A stretch of 64,000 nt of DNA, taken from the NCBI GenBank assembly GCA_965237675.1, contig OZ250150.1, positions 1,024,001 through 1,088,000 of the forward strand, read 5' to 3'. The stretch is from Candidatus Latescibacterota bacterium (GTDB taxonomy: Bacteria; Latescibacterota; UBA2968; GCA-2709665). The notes beneath the pieces are model-generated. The model made no database searches. It was not told the origin of the DNA and worked only from the letters and a program-made list of their open reading frames with translations. Below are positions 1 to 10,730 of the stretch, piece after piece; the stretch's first letter is position 1; each line of letters opens with the position of its first letter. A program made the position numbers and the translations under genes.

Positions 1-38
1 GGAACGGTCGGAAGATTTATCGCATTTAATGCGGACAT
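1..38 (-). CDS. 5' start of the gene downstream of hsdM (partial, runs off window; possibly HsdS or another RM-locus gene)
   Basis: Minus strand GAGGAG RBS then ATG at 38 (MSALNAINLPTV...), 21 bp after the hsdM stop. Identity inferred from position only. Confidence 0.35.
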   Translation of the reverse strand, partial: MSALNAINLPTV

Positions 39-59
39 GTTGTCTCTCCTCTGTGCTGC

Positions 60-2597
60 TTACAACGAAAGCCCCATTTTCTTCAGGTGGCTCTCAACCC
101 TGGCACTGTATTCATCGACCTCCCGCTCCAACTCCGGAAGTGGTCGGGCATAACGCTCGTCGAGTTCCTTTATCCTACCCTTAAGTTGCTGCGTAACTCG
201 CTGCACCTCTTCGTGAATGTCGGCCCGGATGCGCGCGAACCACTTGTCCTCGATCACCAGCGTCTTGATTTCTTCCTCAGTGAGTTGGGCGTACGTCGCT
301 ATCACCGACTCGTGCAGGACTTCCATCTTTTGCTTGTGCGCTTTCTTTTGATTCATCTCATCCGTCATCAGCTGAAGATAGTCGTAAAGAATATCCAGTT
401 CCTCGAATAGGCCTTCTTCGTCCCTGACGTTCTTGGTCCAGTTATGAACTCCAAAGGTCGTTTTCTTGATAGACTTAGCCTGATCGTGCTCGGGCATTCC
501 CTCGGGATACGCTTTCAGGATGGCTTCCTTAAGTTCGACGGCGCGTTGCTGCACATTACCCTTGGTTATTCCACTCTTGCCGTCAAGATCGCTGAGAGCG
601 CCCTCGTCTACGGCATGTTCTGCTTCAAATTCCTCCTTTCGTTCCGCTAATTTTGTGACTTCTGCTTCAAGTTGCACGAGTTCCTGCTGTTCGGCGCTGA
701 AAAACCTTGCGATTACCATAGATGCGGGGATCATTTCTCCTACGTACTTGGAGGTCGTTTTGCCCTTCTTGATCGTAAATTCCGGCGTTTCATTGTCATA
801 TGGGGATCGAAGGGTACGACCCGCTTTCCAGCCATCTGCGGCAATTAGATAGACATCGTCCTGCATAACCTCGTCCCAAGAATCCATCAATCGCTGGTAA
901 ACGTCGTTAGCGTCGATCAAGGGAAGGTCTGCGAAGCACTTCAATAGGTCCTCCGCCAACATTTGGATGATGCTCTTGGGAATGGTGCCTGGACCAAGAC
1001 CCAGAAGAGGCGGTCCGTGGGCTTTGCACCAACCGTCTAGAAGGGCGGCTACCCGCGCCTCGTATAACTTGAATTCCCTGTGTTCGAGGATGGCGGCCTT
1101 TACCCGCTGCGTCTCAACCCGGGTTTCGCTGTAGCCTGCACGGCCATTGCCCACAAACAATGCCTGCCGCAATGAGGGGAAAACCTCCCAAAAAGCACCG
1201 AGCGCATCGAGATCGCGGTGGGGGATCCCGCCGCGCAGATGTGCGTCGAGGTCGTGCAAATCTTCCGGATCACTGGAATCAATATAACGTGGGATGTTAA
1301 GGTTGTAATCGTTAGCATGACTTCCAATCTCGGCCACCGGCACCATGCGGGAATATCGAGCCAACTCGATCTGCTTGTTGAACACATCGACGATCCGGTG
1401 GATGTCCTGTGCCCGCAGGCGATTCTTGTTCCCATCCTTGAGGAATCCCTTGCTCGCATCGATCATAAAGATACCAGTGCGAGCATAGGCGTTCTCCTTA
1501 TCGATGACCAGTATGCAAGCGGGAATGCCGGTGCCATAGAACAGGTTGGCCGGAAGGCCGATGATACCTTTGATAAAGCCGCGCTGGATAAGGTTTTTTC
1601 GGATGTCGGCCTCCTTGTTGCCGCGAAACAACACGCCGTGTGGCAGGATAATCGCACCCTTGCCCTTGCTCTTGAGCGACGTGATGAGGTGCAGGAGGAA
1701 GGCGTAGTCGCCGTTCCTGGCCGGGGGGATGCCGTACGCGAAACGCCCGTACTCGTCGTGCTCCGGATTGAGGCCGCTGGACCAGGCCTTTGCCGAAAAA
1801 GGCGGATTCGCGACGGCGAAGTCGAAAGCCTTGAGACTGTCGTCAGGGTTCTTGAAATACGGTGAGGCCAGCGTATTGCCGCGCCACAGTTCGGCGGTCG
1901 GGTGGCCATGCAGGATCAGATTCATCCGAGCCAGCGACCAGGTGGCGTTGTCCATCTCCTGTCCATAGATAGTGATGCCGTTTGGTGCCTCGTCCGCAGC
2001 CTTGAGCAGTAACGAGCCGGAGCCGCAGGTGGGATCGTAGATGGTCTGGTCCTGGCGGGTGTCCGGTCCGATACCGATCACTTTCGCCATGATACGGGAC
2101 ACCTCGGCCGGCGTGTAAAATTGCCCTTTGCTCTTGCCCGACTCGGTGGCGAAGTGCATCATCAGGTACTCGTACGCGTCGCCGAGCAGATCATCGCCCC
2201 CGCCGCGGTTGGCCCGGAAGTCCAGACCGTCGAATATGGCGACCAGTTTGGAGAGCCGGTCCTGCATTTCCTTGCCCGAACCGAGCTTGCTCTCGTCGTT
2301 GAAGTCGGCTTGATCGATGACGCCCTTAAGGTCGTTTGCTCTAGCGAATTCGGAAATAATCGGGTTGATCTTGTCCCCGATCTCCTTGTCGCCCTTCAAC
2401 TTTACCATATCGGCAAAACTACCCCCAACAGGCACTTCAATTATCGCGTCGGGCTTGCCTGCGTACCGGTCCGAGATATACTTCATAAACAGCAGTGTGA
2501 GGACATAGTCCTTGTATTGCGAGGCATCCATGCCTCCCCGCAATTCATCACAGCTTTGCCAGAGCGATGAATAGAGTTGGGATTTCTTCAAAGCCAT
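60..2597 (-). CDS. hsdM: Type I restriction-modification system methyltransferase subunit
   Basis: N-term LWQSCDELRGGMDASQYKDY, GQFYTP, SAM motif DPTCGSGSLL, catalytic NPPF, GVLFRG, YNLNIPRY. Confidence 0.95.
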   Translation of the reverse strand: MALKKSQLYSSLWQSCDELRGGMDASQYKDYVLTLLFMKYISDRYAGKPDAIIEVPVGGSFADMVKLKGDKEIGDKINPIISEFARANDLKGVIDQADFNDESKLGSGKEMQDRLSKLVAIFDGLDFRANRGGGDDLLGDAYEYLMMHFATESGKSKGQFYTPAEVSRIMAKVIGIGPDTRQDQTIYDPTCGSGSLLLKAADEAPNGITIYGQEMDNATWSLARMNLILHGHPTAELWRGNTLASPYFKNPDDSLKAFDFAVANPPFSAKAWSSGLNPEHDEYGRFAYGIPPARNGDYAFLLHLITSLKSKGKGAIILPHGVLFRGNKEADIRKNLIQRGFIKGIIGLPANLFYGTGIPACILVIDKENAYARTGIFMIDASKGFLKDGNKNRLRAQDIHRIVDVFNKQIELARYSRMVPVAEIGSHANDYNLNIPRYIDSSDPEDLHDLDAHLRGGIPHRDLDALGAFWEVFPSLRQALFVGNGRAGYSETRVETQRVKAAILEHREFKLYEARVAALLDGWCKAHGPPLLGLGPGTIPKSIIQMLAEDLLKCFADLPLIDANDVYQRLMDSWDEVMQDDVYLIAADGWKAGRTLRSPYDNETPEFTIKKGKTTSKYVGEMIPASMVIARFFSAEQQELVQLEAEVTKLAERKEEFEAEHAVDEGALSDLDGKSGITKGNVQQRAVELKEAILKAYPEGMPEHDQAKSIKKTTFGVHNWTKNVRDEEGLFEELDILYDYLQLMTDEMNQKKAHKQKMEVLHESVIATYAQLTEEEIKTLVIEDKWFARIRADIHEEVQRVTQQLKGRIKELDERYARPLPELEREVDEYSARVESHLKKMGLSL

Positions 2598-2766
2598 GTT
2601 TCAGTCCTTACCGAGAGCGATGGGCGACTCATGAATTCGGGACCCATATATAGACACCTTAAGATACACACTGCGAAGCCGTTTTTATTGCGGAATCCGA
2701 CCGAGTTCCCATGCGACCCGGTTCTCAGTCCGAACCGTATAGGGGACGCATTATCTGGCAAGCCTC

Positions 2767-3834
2767 TCAGTCAAAAACCAGTACCGTTCGCGCCACTTTC
2801 CCCTGAACCATGTCTTCGAACGCCTCGTTGATCTCATCCAACGGGCGATAGCGGGATATCAACTCATCCAACTTGACCTTTCCCTGGCGATAAAGATCCA
2901 GAATCCACAGGAAGTCTACACGGGCGCGGGCAACGCCATGCCAGGAGCCCATAATGGCGCGGTCCCTTAACAGACTGTCGCCGTCAACGGATATATCCTG
3001 GCCGGTTGGCTGTACCCCCACCACGACTGTGGTTCCACTGGTGCGGACCGATTCAAACGCCTGCCGGACCAGCGAAGGAAATCCAACGACCTCAAAGGCA
3101 TAATCTGCGCCACCTCCTGTAATCTCCACAATTCGCCGAACGGGATCTTCGCTATCTGCATTGACAACGTGCGTGGCGCCGAACTGTTCCGCCAACTCCA
3201 ATTTATACGGCACCTTGTCCACGGCGATTATCTTCCCTGCGGATGCGAGTACACCCCCCTGGATGACATTGAGGCCGACCCCGCCACAGCCGAACACGGC
3301 CATTGTGGCGCCTGCTTCCACCTTTGCGCGATTCACCACGGCGCCGATGCCGGTAATCACCGCGCAACTGATAAGACACGCTTTGCGAAGATCCGTGTCA
3401 TCCGGCACCTTCACACACGCATCCGCCAATACAACCGACTGCTCGGTGTATGTGGGCCGGCCGTGGTAATACGCGGTCCCATTCCTGGAAATGCGGCTCG
3501 GTATTTCGCCCTGATGGGTTTCGCAAAGCGCCGGGCTGCCCTCGCTGCAATTCCTGCAATGGCCGCACATCGCATCGAGAGAGAGGATAATCTTGTCGCC
3601 ACCCCGAACGCTGCTCACGCCGGGTCCGACTTCCCTGACGATCCCGGCGCCCTCGTGTCCCATAACCCAGGGCAGTGCGCGAGGCACAACGTGTCCGTCC
3701 ACGTAGTGATAGTCGCTGTGACAAACGCCCGCTCCCACGATATCGAGAAGCACTTCTCCCGCTCGGGGAGATGCGATATCGACATCTTCGACGGAGACAC
3801 GGGTCAGTGGTCTGTGGAGAATGGCTGCCTTCAT
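2767..3834 (-). CDS. Zn-dependent alcohol dehydrogenase (MDR family)
   Basis: GVCHSD, GHEGAG, structural Zn CGHCRNC..C, Rossmann GCGGVG. Confidence 0.93.
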   Translation of the reverse strand: MKAAILHRPLTRVSVEDVDIASPRAGEVLLDIVGAGVCHSDYHYVDGHVVPRALPWVMGHEGAGIVREVGPGVSSVRGGDKIILSLDAMCGHCRNCSEGSPALCETHQGEIPSRISRNGTAYYHGRPTYTEQSVVLADACVKVPDDTDLRKACLISCAVITGIGAVVNRAKVEAGATMAVFGCGGVGLNVIQGGVLASAGKIIAVDKVPYKLELAEQFGATHVVNADSEDPVRRIVEITGGGADYAFEVVGFPSLVRQAFESVRTSGTTVVVGVQPTGQDISVDGDSLLRDRAIMGSWHGVARARVDFLWILDLYRQGKVKLDELISRYRPLDEINEAFEDMVQGKVARTVLVFD

Positions 3835-3893
3835 ATTTGGCTCCTATCGCCAGGATGACATCGGTAGGGAGGGCGGACCTATGGACGGCCGCA

Positions 3894-3929
3894 GCGCCGC
3901 CCGAACGGGCAAATTCTGTCGGGCGGCGC
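3894..3929. terminator. GC-rich stem-loop between GNAT and ADH genes
   Basis: GCGCCGCCCGA ... TCGGGCGGCGC 11-bp inverted repeat. T-tract only on the + strand, so its function for these minus-strand genes is uncertain. Confidence 0.3.
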
Positions 3930-3942
3930 CGGTTTTGTTCTC

Positions 3943-4521
3943 TCACCCATGCTCGATGCCGAGTTGAGTGAAGACGTCCGACCATCGTTTCGCGTGACTG
4001 TCGTGCGTGTGAAGGGGCCGGAAACCGGCGGTGAGATAGCTCCTGACGGCCGCCAGGCGCCAGTCGTCGGTGAGGAGGTGGGCCTGACGATAGCCCAGGT
4101 CTTTGAGGCGGTGGAGCACGGCTGCGTTGACCAGGTGGCCCAGGCCCTTCCCCCTGTGGGTTTCAAGTACGGCAACCATGTGCACTTCCCCCACGATGCG
4201 TTCGTTCAAGTCCCGGCTCCAGGCGCATGCGGAGCCGACCGGTTGGGAACCGAAGGTGGCGAAAAAGAGGCTTTCCGGGTGGAAACGGGGATCATCAATG
4301 AGTTTCTCGCGGCACGTTTCAGGCGTCCAATCCCGCCCGACGTTGCCCTCCATAATAGCGCACCACGCGGCTTCGTCGCCTGAATGGTAAGTGCGCAGTC
4401 CATACCCATCGGGGATGCGAATCGCGGGCGGGTCGTTCAGCGTATCCCTCAGCATTTCGAGTTGGGGCATAGGCGGAGGCGGCGATTTGGCGTTCAGTTT
4501 CGACAGAAGTCGGCGAAGCAT
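3943..4521 (-). CDS. GNAT family N-acetyltransferase
   Basis: Motif A VAVLETHRGKGLG, motif B AAVRSYLTAGF. Confidence 0.85.
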   Translation of the reverse strand: MLRRLLSKLNAKSPPPPMPQLEMLRDTLNDPPAIRIPDGYGLRTYHSGDEAAWCAIMEGNVGRDWTPETCREKLIDDPRFHPESLFFATFGSQPVGSACAWSRDLNERIVGEVHMVAVLETHRGKGLGHLVNAAVLHRLKDLGYRQAHLLTDDWRLAAVRSYLTAGFRPLHTHDSHAKRWSDVFTQLGIEHG

Positions 4522-4868
4522 GGCGTATTTCCCGTCAGAAATTCGAGGCAGGGGCCGCCGGGATTGTACCTGGTTCGCAGCCTGGCTGCGGCTGTTTCAA
4601 ATCTTGCCCGACCCCCTTGATTTCCTCGTTGCGTCGATAAACGATTATTGAAGGTTGCCGTTAACGAAAATGCAGTAGAGACATCCCGACCCGACCGGGT
4701 GGGTTTGATCGACAATATGAACGACATTTCAGGCGGTGTCAACGAATAATCGCCCGTTCGTATCCTGAAGCGTCAACCCGAATTTGTGGCTTGCAGGCTT
4801 GAATATCGGTCCCGCGCAGACCATCAAATCACACGCTTAACGAGGCGTATTAATTCTTCCGGAATGGC

Positions 4869-4897
4869 TTGACTTTTGATAATCCTTATGATATACT
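4869..4897 (+). promoter_or_regulatory. sigma70-type promoter of the nuo-mrp cluster
   Basis: TTGACT-17 bp-TATACT with extended -10 TG at 4889-4890, about 85 bp upstream of nuoA. Confidence 0.7.
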
Positions 4898-4981
4898 ATC
4901 ACCGCCGAAAAACGGGTCGTCCGTCGGAAGGAGTGCCGTTCCGGAGCTGCTTTTTACGCCCTTGGGAGGTCCAGGGAAACG

Positions 4982-5347
4982 ATGCTGGTCGATTATCTTC
5001 CGATCGTTATTCTGATGGCCGTGGCCGTTGGGTTCGCAGCCGTCAGTTTAATTATGACGCATCTGTTCGGACCCCACCGTCCCAATCCGGTCAAATTATC
5101 GCCATACGAGTCGGGTGTGCCTCCCGTAGGCGATGCCAGGCTGCGGTTTTCCGTCAAGTTTTATGTTGTGGCGATGCTGTTTATTGTCTTCGATATCGAA
5201 GTCGTGTTCCTATACCCCTGGGCCGTTGTCTTTAAGGATTTGCTGGTCCAGGGGAGTTTTATTTTTACTGAAATGATGGTGTTCCTTGGCGTCCTGGTTC
5301 TGGGCCTTGCGTATGTCTGGAGGAAGGGCGGGTTGGATTGGGACTGA
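4982..5347 (+). CDS. nuoA: NADH-quinone oxidoreductase subunit A
   Basis: KLSPYESG loop, FYVVAMLFIVFDIEVVFLYPWA, C-term GGLDWD, 3 TM. Confidence 0.96.
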   Translation: MLVDYLPIVILMAVAVGFAAVSLIMTHLFGPHRPNPVKLSPYESGVPPVGDARLRFSVKFYVVAMLFIVFDIEVVFLYPWAVVFKDLLVQGSFIFTEMMVFLGVLVLGLAYVWRKGGLDWD

Positions 5348-5422
5348 GGACCGGCGCCACCATACTCCCGGTCGGACGGACGGCGCGTCCGAAGATTTGA
5401 ATTTTAACGATCGGGCAAGGGC

Positions 5423-7195
5423 ATGCCCTCAAAAGAGAAAAACGGAACACCGGTGGCTGACGTGGCGGTCGGTAACCTGACGTCGAGAAAGTTGGAGGAA
5501 CGGTTCGGGGAAGACGTTCTCGAGGTCTCCGAATTCTGCGGCGATTGGACGGCCGTCTGTGAGGCAGACCGGGTTTCGGAAATACTGGCGTTTTTGCGGG
5601 ACGACCCCGAACTGGATTACGACCGGCTGTCGGATGTAACGGCGGTCGACTATTCCGAGTACCCGGGACAGCAGGCGGAGGCCCGGTTCAACGTGGTCTA
5701 CCACCTGTACTCTCATCCACACAACCACCGCTTCCGGCTCCGGGCGAAGGTGGGCGAAGAAAGGTGCGGTATCCCATCCGCGTGCGGGCTGTGGAAAGGG
5801 GCCGAATGGCCGGAGCGGGAAGTGTACGATATGTTCGGCATCAGGTTCGAGGGACATCCTGATTTGCGGCGCATATTGATGCCGGTGAATTTTCGATACT
5901 ACCCGATGAGGAAGGATTACCCGCTCAACGGAATGGGAGAGCGGGATGTAATCGCGCCGGAAGATCCCGGGTTTGAGGGCAATCCTTTCGAGGGCGAAGA
6001 TGCCCGGGACGACGATCCGCTGGCTTCTGAGCGGATGATCCTGAATCTGGGGCCTCAGCATCCGGCAACCCATGGGACCCTGCGGCTCACGCTCGAATTG
6101 GATGGAGAGCGCGTCACCAGGTGTCTTCCGGACATAGGATACCTGCATACCGGCTTTGAAAAACTGGGGGAACACCACACCTACAATCAGTGGGTCACGG
6201 TGACCGACCGGATGAACTATCTTTCGCCGCTGTGCAACAACATTGGTTATGCGATGACGGTGGAAAAACTGATGGGCCTGGAGATCCCCCCTCGCGCCAC
6301 CTGTATCCGTGTGATTCTTGCGGAACTGTCGCGCATTGGGGACCATATGGTCTGGCTGGGCACGCACGCACTGGATATCGGCGCGATGACGGTGTTCCTG
6401 TACACCTTTGAACAACGTGAACGCCTGTACGATATTTTCGAGGCCGTCACCGGCACCCGATTGACCACAAGTTATACGCGGGTCGGCGGGTTGGGGTGGG
6501 ATGTGCCGGACAACTTTCACGAACTGGTTACGGATTTCACGGCGCAATTCCCAAGGGCGGTCGGGGAGGTGGACAGGCTGCTGACCCGCAACAGGATCTG
6601 GATTGACCGCACCAAGGACATTGGCGTGATTTCCGCCGAAGACGCGATTGCGTGGAATCTGACCGGGCCGATGGCGCGCGGCTCCGGCGTGAACTACGAT
6701 TTGCGGAAGGCCGAACCCTATATGGGTTACGAGAATTTTGAGTTTGAGATTCCCGTGGGCGAAAAGGGCGATGTCTACGACCGGTACCTGGTCCGGATGG
6801 AGGAGTTGAACCAAAGCATCCGGATTATCGAACAGGCGGTGAACAATCTGCCCCAGGGCGCCGTAAAGGTCGATGACGCCAAGGTAATTCTGCCGGAGAA
6901 AGACGACGTATACACGGGGATGGAGGAGTTGATCCACCACTTCAAAATAACGATGAACAATCATGGTATCGCGCCGCCGCCTGGGGAAATTTACCTGGCT
7001 ACGGAGGGTCCCAACGGAGAATTGGGCTTTTATATTGTCAGCGACGGAAGCGGGTCTGCTTACCGGTTGAGGGTACGGCCCCCGTCGTTTATGAATTACC
7101 AGTGTTTTCCGCAATTGGTGCACGGACACATGGTGGCCGACGTGGTGGCCATTCTGGGAAGCATAAATGTAATTGCGGGTGAGTTGGATCGATGA
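5423..7195 (+). CDS. nuoCD: NADH-quinone oxidoreductase fused subunit C/D
   Basis: NuoC part ([31 protein letters not shown]) fused to NuoD part ([28 protein letters not shown]-term GELDR). Confidence 0.96.
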   Translation: MPSKEKNGTPVADVAVGNLTSRKLEERFGEDVLEVSEFCGDWTAVCEADRVSEILAFLRDDPELDYDRLSDVTAVDYSEYPGQQAEARFNVVYHLYSHPHNHRFRLRAKVGEERCGIPSACGLWKGAEWPEREVYDMFGIRFEGHPDLRRILMPVNFRYYPMRKDYPLNGMGERDVIAPEDPGFEGNPFEGEDARDDDPLASERMILNLGPQHPATHGTLRLTLELDGERVTRCLPDIGYLHTGFEKLGEHHTYNQWVTVTDRMNYLSPLCNNIGYAMTVEKLMGLEIPPRATCIRVILAELSRIGDHMVWLGTHALDIGAMTVFLYTFEQRERLYDIFEAVTGTRLTTSYTRVGGLGWDVPDNFHELVTDFTAQFPRAVGEVDRLLTRNRIWIDRTKDIGVISAEDAIAWNLTGPMARGSGVNYDLRKAEPYMGYENFEFEIPVGEKGDVYDRYLVRMEELNQSIRIIEQAVNNLPQGAVKVDDAKVILPEKDDVYTGMEELIHHFKITMNNHGIAPPPGEIYLATEGPNGELGFYIVSDGSGSAYRLRVRPPSFMNYQCFPQLVHGHMVADVVAILGSINVIAGELDR

Positions 7196-7255
7196 GTGGC
7201 GTCACCGCACGACCGTCCGCCAATTGCCGTCTTACGTACCAGGAAACCTGAGAAT

Positions 7256-7735
7256 ATGGCGACCGCGTTTTCTGAACAGACACGAGAAAAGTGCGAGGAG
7301 ATTCTCACGCGCTATCCACAGGAATGGCGCAAGGCGGCGATTCTGCCGGTTCTGCATCTGGCTCAGAAGGAGTGGGGGTATATCTCTCTGGAGGGGTTGA
7401 GGTACGTCGCGGATCTCCTGGAAATTCCGCCAGCCCATGCCGCCGGCGTGATGAGTTTTTATCCGATGTTCCACAAAGCGCCCGTGGGCAAATATGTCAT
7501 CCATGTATGCGGTACGTTGTCCTGTGCGCTCTGCGGAGCCGGGGAAATCACGAAATACCTGAAGGAAAAGCTGAAAATCGACGTGGGCGAAACCACCGAG
7601 GATGGACGGTTCACACTGGCCAAGGTGGAGTGCATCGCAGCGTGCGAAGGCGCGCCTGCGATTCTGATTAACGAGGAACTTCATCGCTGCGTGACGCGGG
7701 AGAAGCTGGATCGGCTGCTGGACCAGTCCGCGTGA
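7256..7735 (+). CDS. nuoE: NADH-quinone oxidoreductase subunit E
   Basis: 2Fe-2S ligands CGTLSC...CIAAC. ATG 7256 chosen; the ORF extends to GTG 7196. Confidence 0.94.
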   Translation: MATAFSEQTREKCEEILTRYPQEWRKAAILPVLHLAQKEWGYISLEGLRYVADLLEIPPAHAAGVMSFYPMFHKAPVGKYVIHVCGTLSCALCGAGEITKYLKEKLKIDVGETTEDGRFTLAKVECIAACEGAPAILINEELHRCVTREKLDRLLDQSA

Positions 7736-7755
7736 ACAATTCAATCTAGCCGGAT

Positions 7756-9093
7756 ATGCCTGAAGAATACAAGATCATAACAGAACGGTTTGGCGTTGAA
7801 CACCTCCAGAATATCGACGTCTACCGGGCCCATGGCGGATATACAGCCATCGAGAAGGCCTTTGGAATGTCGCAGGACGAGGTGATTGACGAGGTGAGGG
7901 AGGCGTCGCTGGCCGGCCGGGGAGGCGCCTGGTTCCCGGCCGGGGTAAAATGGGGGTTTATGCCCAAAGAACCCCGGGAACCCAGTTACCTCTGTGTGAA
8001 TGCCGACGAGAGCGAGCCGGGCACGTTCAAAGATCGGCATCTGATGGAGCAGAATCCACATCAGCTTCTCGAGGGTACCATCATCGCGTCGTATGCAATG
8101 CGGGTGAGCGTGGCATACGTCTACATCCGTGGCGAAATGTTCGAGGCCAGGGCGATCATGGAACAGGCGATAGCCGAGGCGCGGGCGGCGGGATATATCG
8201 GCCGGAACATCCTCGGGTCGGGCTACGATCTGGAGGTCTACAACCATCCGGGCGCCGGAGCCTATATCTGCGGTGAGGAGATGGGTCTGATCCAGTCCCT
8301 TAACGGCAACCGCGCCGAGCCGCGCGCAAAACCGCCGTTTCCCGCCCAGCAGGGCGTGTTCGAGCGGCCCACCACGGTGAATAACGTGCAGACGCTGTCT
8401 TATGTGCCCCATATTGTGAACCGGGGGGCGGACTGGTTCAAAGGAATCGGCAGCGAGCGGTTTCCCGGAACGTTTATATTTTGCGTTAGCGGGCATGTCA
8501 ATAAACCGGGCATGTTCGAATTGGAAACCGGTTCCGTCACCATGCGGCAGATCGTGGAGGATTTCGCGGGTGGGGTACGGAACGGGCGCCAGTTGAAGGC
8601 GGTGATTCCGGGTGGGGCGTCAACGCCGCCGATGACACCCGATCAGATCGATATTGTAATGGATCCGTCAAATTTCCTGGCGCCAGGCGGCGGCGATTTC
8701 CAGGGGATGTTCGGCACGGGCGGGATAATCGTGATGGACGAAACGGCGTGCATGGTCGATGCGTTGTTGAATTTTATGGTCTTCTTTGCTCACGAGTCCT
8801 GCGGTCAATGCACGCCTTGCCGTGAGGGATGCCCCTGGGCGCGCGATATTGTATGGCGTATTGAGAATGGTCTGGCGAAACCTGGCGACCTGGATACGTT
8901 GCTGGACGTTGCCAATAACGTCGGGCCGTTTCTATGCCCGCCTTCGAGGCTGACAACCATATGTGGATTCGGCGGGGCCTTTGCGAATCCGATCCACGGA
9001 TTTGTACAAACGTTCCGCAGTGAGTTCGAAGCCCACATCGAAGAGGGACGATGCCCCATTCATCAGGACAAATCCATACGGGTTCCGGGGTAA
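7756..9093 (+). CDS. nuoF: NADH-quinone oxidoreductase subunit F
   Basis: GRGGAWFP, NADESEPGTFKDR, GAGAYICGEE, ESCGQCTPCREG. Confidence 0.96.
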   Translation: MPEEYKIITERFGVEHLQNIDVYRAHGGYTAIEKAFGMSQDEVIDEVREASLAGRGGAWFPAGVKWGFMPKEPREPSYLCVNADESEPGTFKDRHLMEQNPHQLLEGTIIASYAMRVSVAYVYIRGEMFEARAIMEQAIAEARAAGYIGRNILGSGYDLEVYNHPGAGAYICGEEMGLIQSLNGNRAEPRAKPPFPAQQGVFERPTTVNNVQTLSYVPHIVNRGADWFKGIGSERFPGTFIFCVSGHVNKPGMFELETGSVTMRQIVEDFAGGVRNGRQLKAVIPGGASTPPMTPDQIDIVMDPSNFLAPGGGDFQGMFGTGGIIVMDETACMVDALLNFMVFFAHESCGQCTPCREGCPWARDIVWRIENGLAKPGDLDTLLDVANNVGPFLCPPSRLTTICGFGGAFANPIHGFVQTFRSEFEAHIEEGRCPIHQDKSIRVPG

Positions 9094-9099
9094 ATAAGG

Positions 9100-10722
9100 A
9101 TGGCGACATTTACTATTGATGGCAGTGAAATTGAGATCGTTCCTGGAAAGAACGTGCTTCAAACGGCAATCGACAACGGAGTATACGTTCCTCATTATTG
9201 CTACCACCCGGGGCTGAGCGCACCCGCGAACTGCCGTATGTGCCTTGTAGAGATGGAATTAGGTGGGCGGCGCAGCCTGGGACCTTCCTGTTCGGCCATG
9301 CCGGCCGAAGGGATGGTTGTGGATACGCAGTCCGATGTCGTAAAGAATAACCAGAATGCCGTGATGGAATTCCTGCTGATACATCATCCGCTGGACTGTC
9401 CGGTGTGCGATCAGGCCGGTGAGTGCGAACTGCAGGACTACAGCTATACGTATGGATCCGACAGAAGCCGGTTCCACGAAAAGAAGCTGGTGCAGCCCAA
9501 AAAAGATATCGGTAACCACGTGTTGTTGTATTCCGACCGGTGCATCCGATGTACCCGCTGCATCCGGTTCTGCGACGAGATTTCGGGCACCGGTGAACTG
9601 GGATATTTCAATCGGGGGGTCTATAACGAAATCGACGTCTTTCCGGGGGCCCGGATGGACAATCGCCTGTCGGGCAACACCGTGGATATCTGCCCCGTAG
9701 GCGCGTTGCTGGATAAGTCGTTTCTATTCAAGCAACGAGTGTGGTTCCTGAAGTCCGTGGACACGATCTGCCCGGGATGCAGCACGGGATGTAACATCAG
9801 GGCCGATTATAACAATGAGCGGATCTACCGCCTGGTGCCGCGTCAGAATCCGGAGGTGAACGAGTACTGGATGTGCGACGATGGTCGCCATGGGTGGGGT
9901 TATGTTCAAGACGACGACCGCCTGCTGTTTCCTATGGTGGGGCGCGGAGAAGCGCAGGAACTTGCATTGTGGGAGGTCGCGCTGGACGCTGCGAGGGAGG
10001 GATTCGAACGCGTTCGGGCGGAACACGGCGATAGCGCCGTGGCGGGGATTGCGTCGGCTCATCTGACCAACGAAGAGCATTTCCTGTTCGGCAGCCTCTT
10101 CCGGAGCGGGCTGGGGGGCGGTTCCGTTGCCGTTCGTACCAGAGTCAGCGACGAAGGCGACGTGGTGTTCAAGGGCGGATTCACCATTCACGCGGATAAG
10201 GCTCCGAATGCTCGCGGCGCGCGGGCCGTTCTGGAGGGTCTCGGGCTATCGCTGACCGAGACGTCCGAAATCTGGCGGGACGTGGCGGAGGGACGGATCA
10301 GGGGGCTCTATTTATTAGGTGGCGATCCTCTGGAGTCGATGTCGGACGAGGAACTCGCGGCCCTCGGAGCCCTGGATTTTCTGGTCGTTCAGGATGTCCT
10401 GTCCCGCCCTTGGACTGAGATGGCGGACGTGATCCTGCCGGGTGCGGCATTTATCGAAAAGGATGGCACGTTTACCAACGTCGATGGACGCGTGCAGCGT
10501 GTCCGTCAGGGGCTGGCGCCTGCCGGCGACGCCCGTGCGGATTGGGAAATCCTGCGAGATGTCATTCAGGCCATGGGCGGCGACGCCGTACAGACGCGGG
10601 TTGAGGAGGTTATGGCCGATTTGACAAGCACCGTTGCGGCCTTCGAGGGGATAAACTATGATGGCGTGGGTGATCAGGGCAGGCCGCTCCTTGAGATCGA
10701 AGCGGCCGGGACAGAACACTAG
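9100..10722 (+). CDS. nuoG: NADH-quinone oxidoreductase subunit G (short form, 540 aa)
   Basis: CYHP..CRMC..C (N1b), HPLDCPVCDQAGEC (N5), CIRCTRC..DICP (N4), CPGCSTGC..C (N7), EKDGTFTN. Confidence 0.94.
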   Translation: MATFTIDGSEIEIVPGKNVLQTAIDNGVYVPHYCYHPGLSAPANCRMCLVEMELGGRRSLGPSCSAMPAEGMVVDTQSDVVKNNQNAVMEFLLIHHPLDCPVCDQAGECELQDYSYTYGSDRSRFHEKKLVQPKKDIGNHVLLYSDRCIRCTRCIRFCDEISGTGELGYFNRGVYNEIDVFPGARMDNRLSGNTVDICPVGALLDKSFLFKQRVWFLKSVDTICPGCSTGCNIRADYNNERIYRLVPRQNPEVNEYWMCDDGRHGWGYVQDDDRLLFPMVGRGEAQELALWEVALDAAREGFERVRAEHGDSAVAGIASAHLTNEEHFLFGSLFRSGLGGGSVAVRTRVSDEGDVVFKGGFTIHADKAPNARGARAVLEGLGLSLTETSEIWRDVAEGRIRGLYLLGGDPLESMSDEELAALGALDFLVVQDVLSRPWTEMADVILPGAAFIEKDGTFTNVDGRVQRVRQGLAPAGDARADWEILRDVIQAMGGDAVQTRVEEVMADLTSTVAAFEGINYDGVGDQGRPLLEIEAAGTEH

Positions 10723-10730
10723 GCGCACAT

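Noticed and set aside
5423-7195. Group 4 [NiFe]-hydrogenase large subunit paired with the Mrp block
   Set aside because: No N- or C-terminal CxxC Ni ligands; ends in GELDR and keeps the NuoD quinone-site motifs
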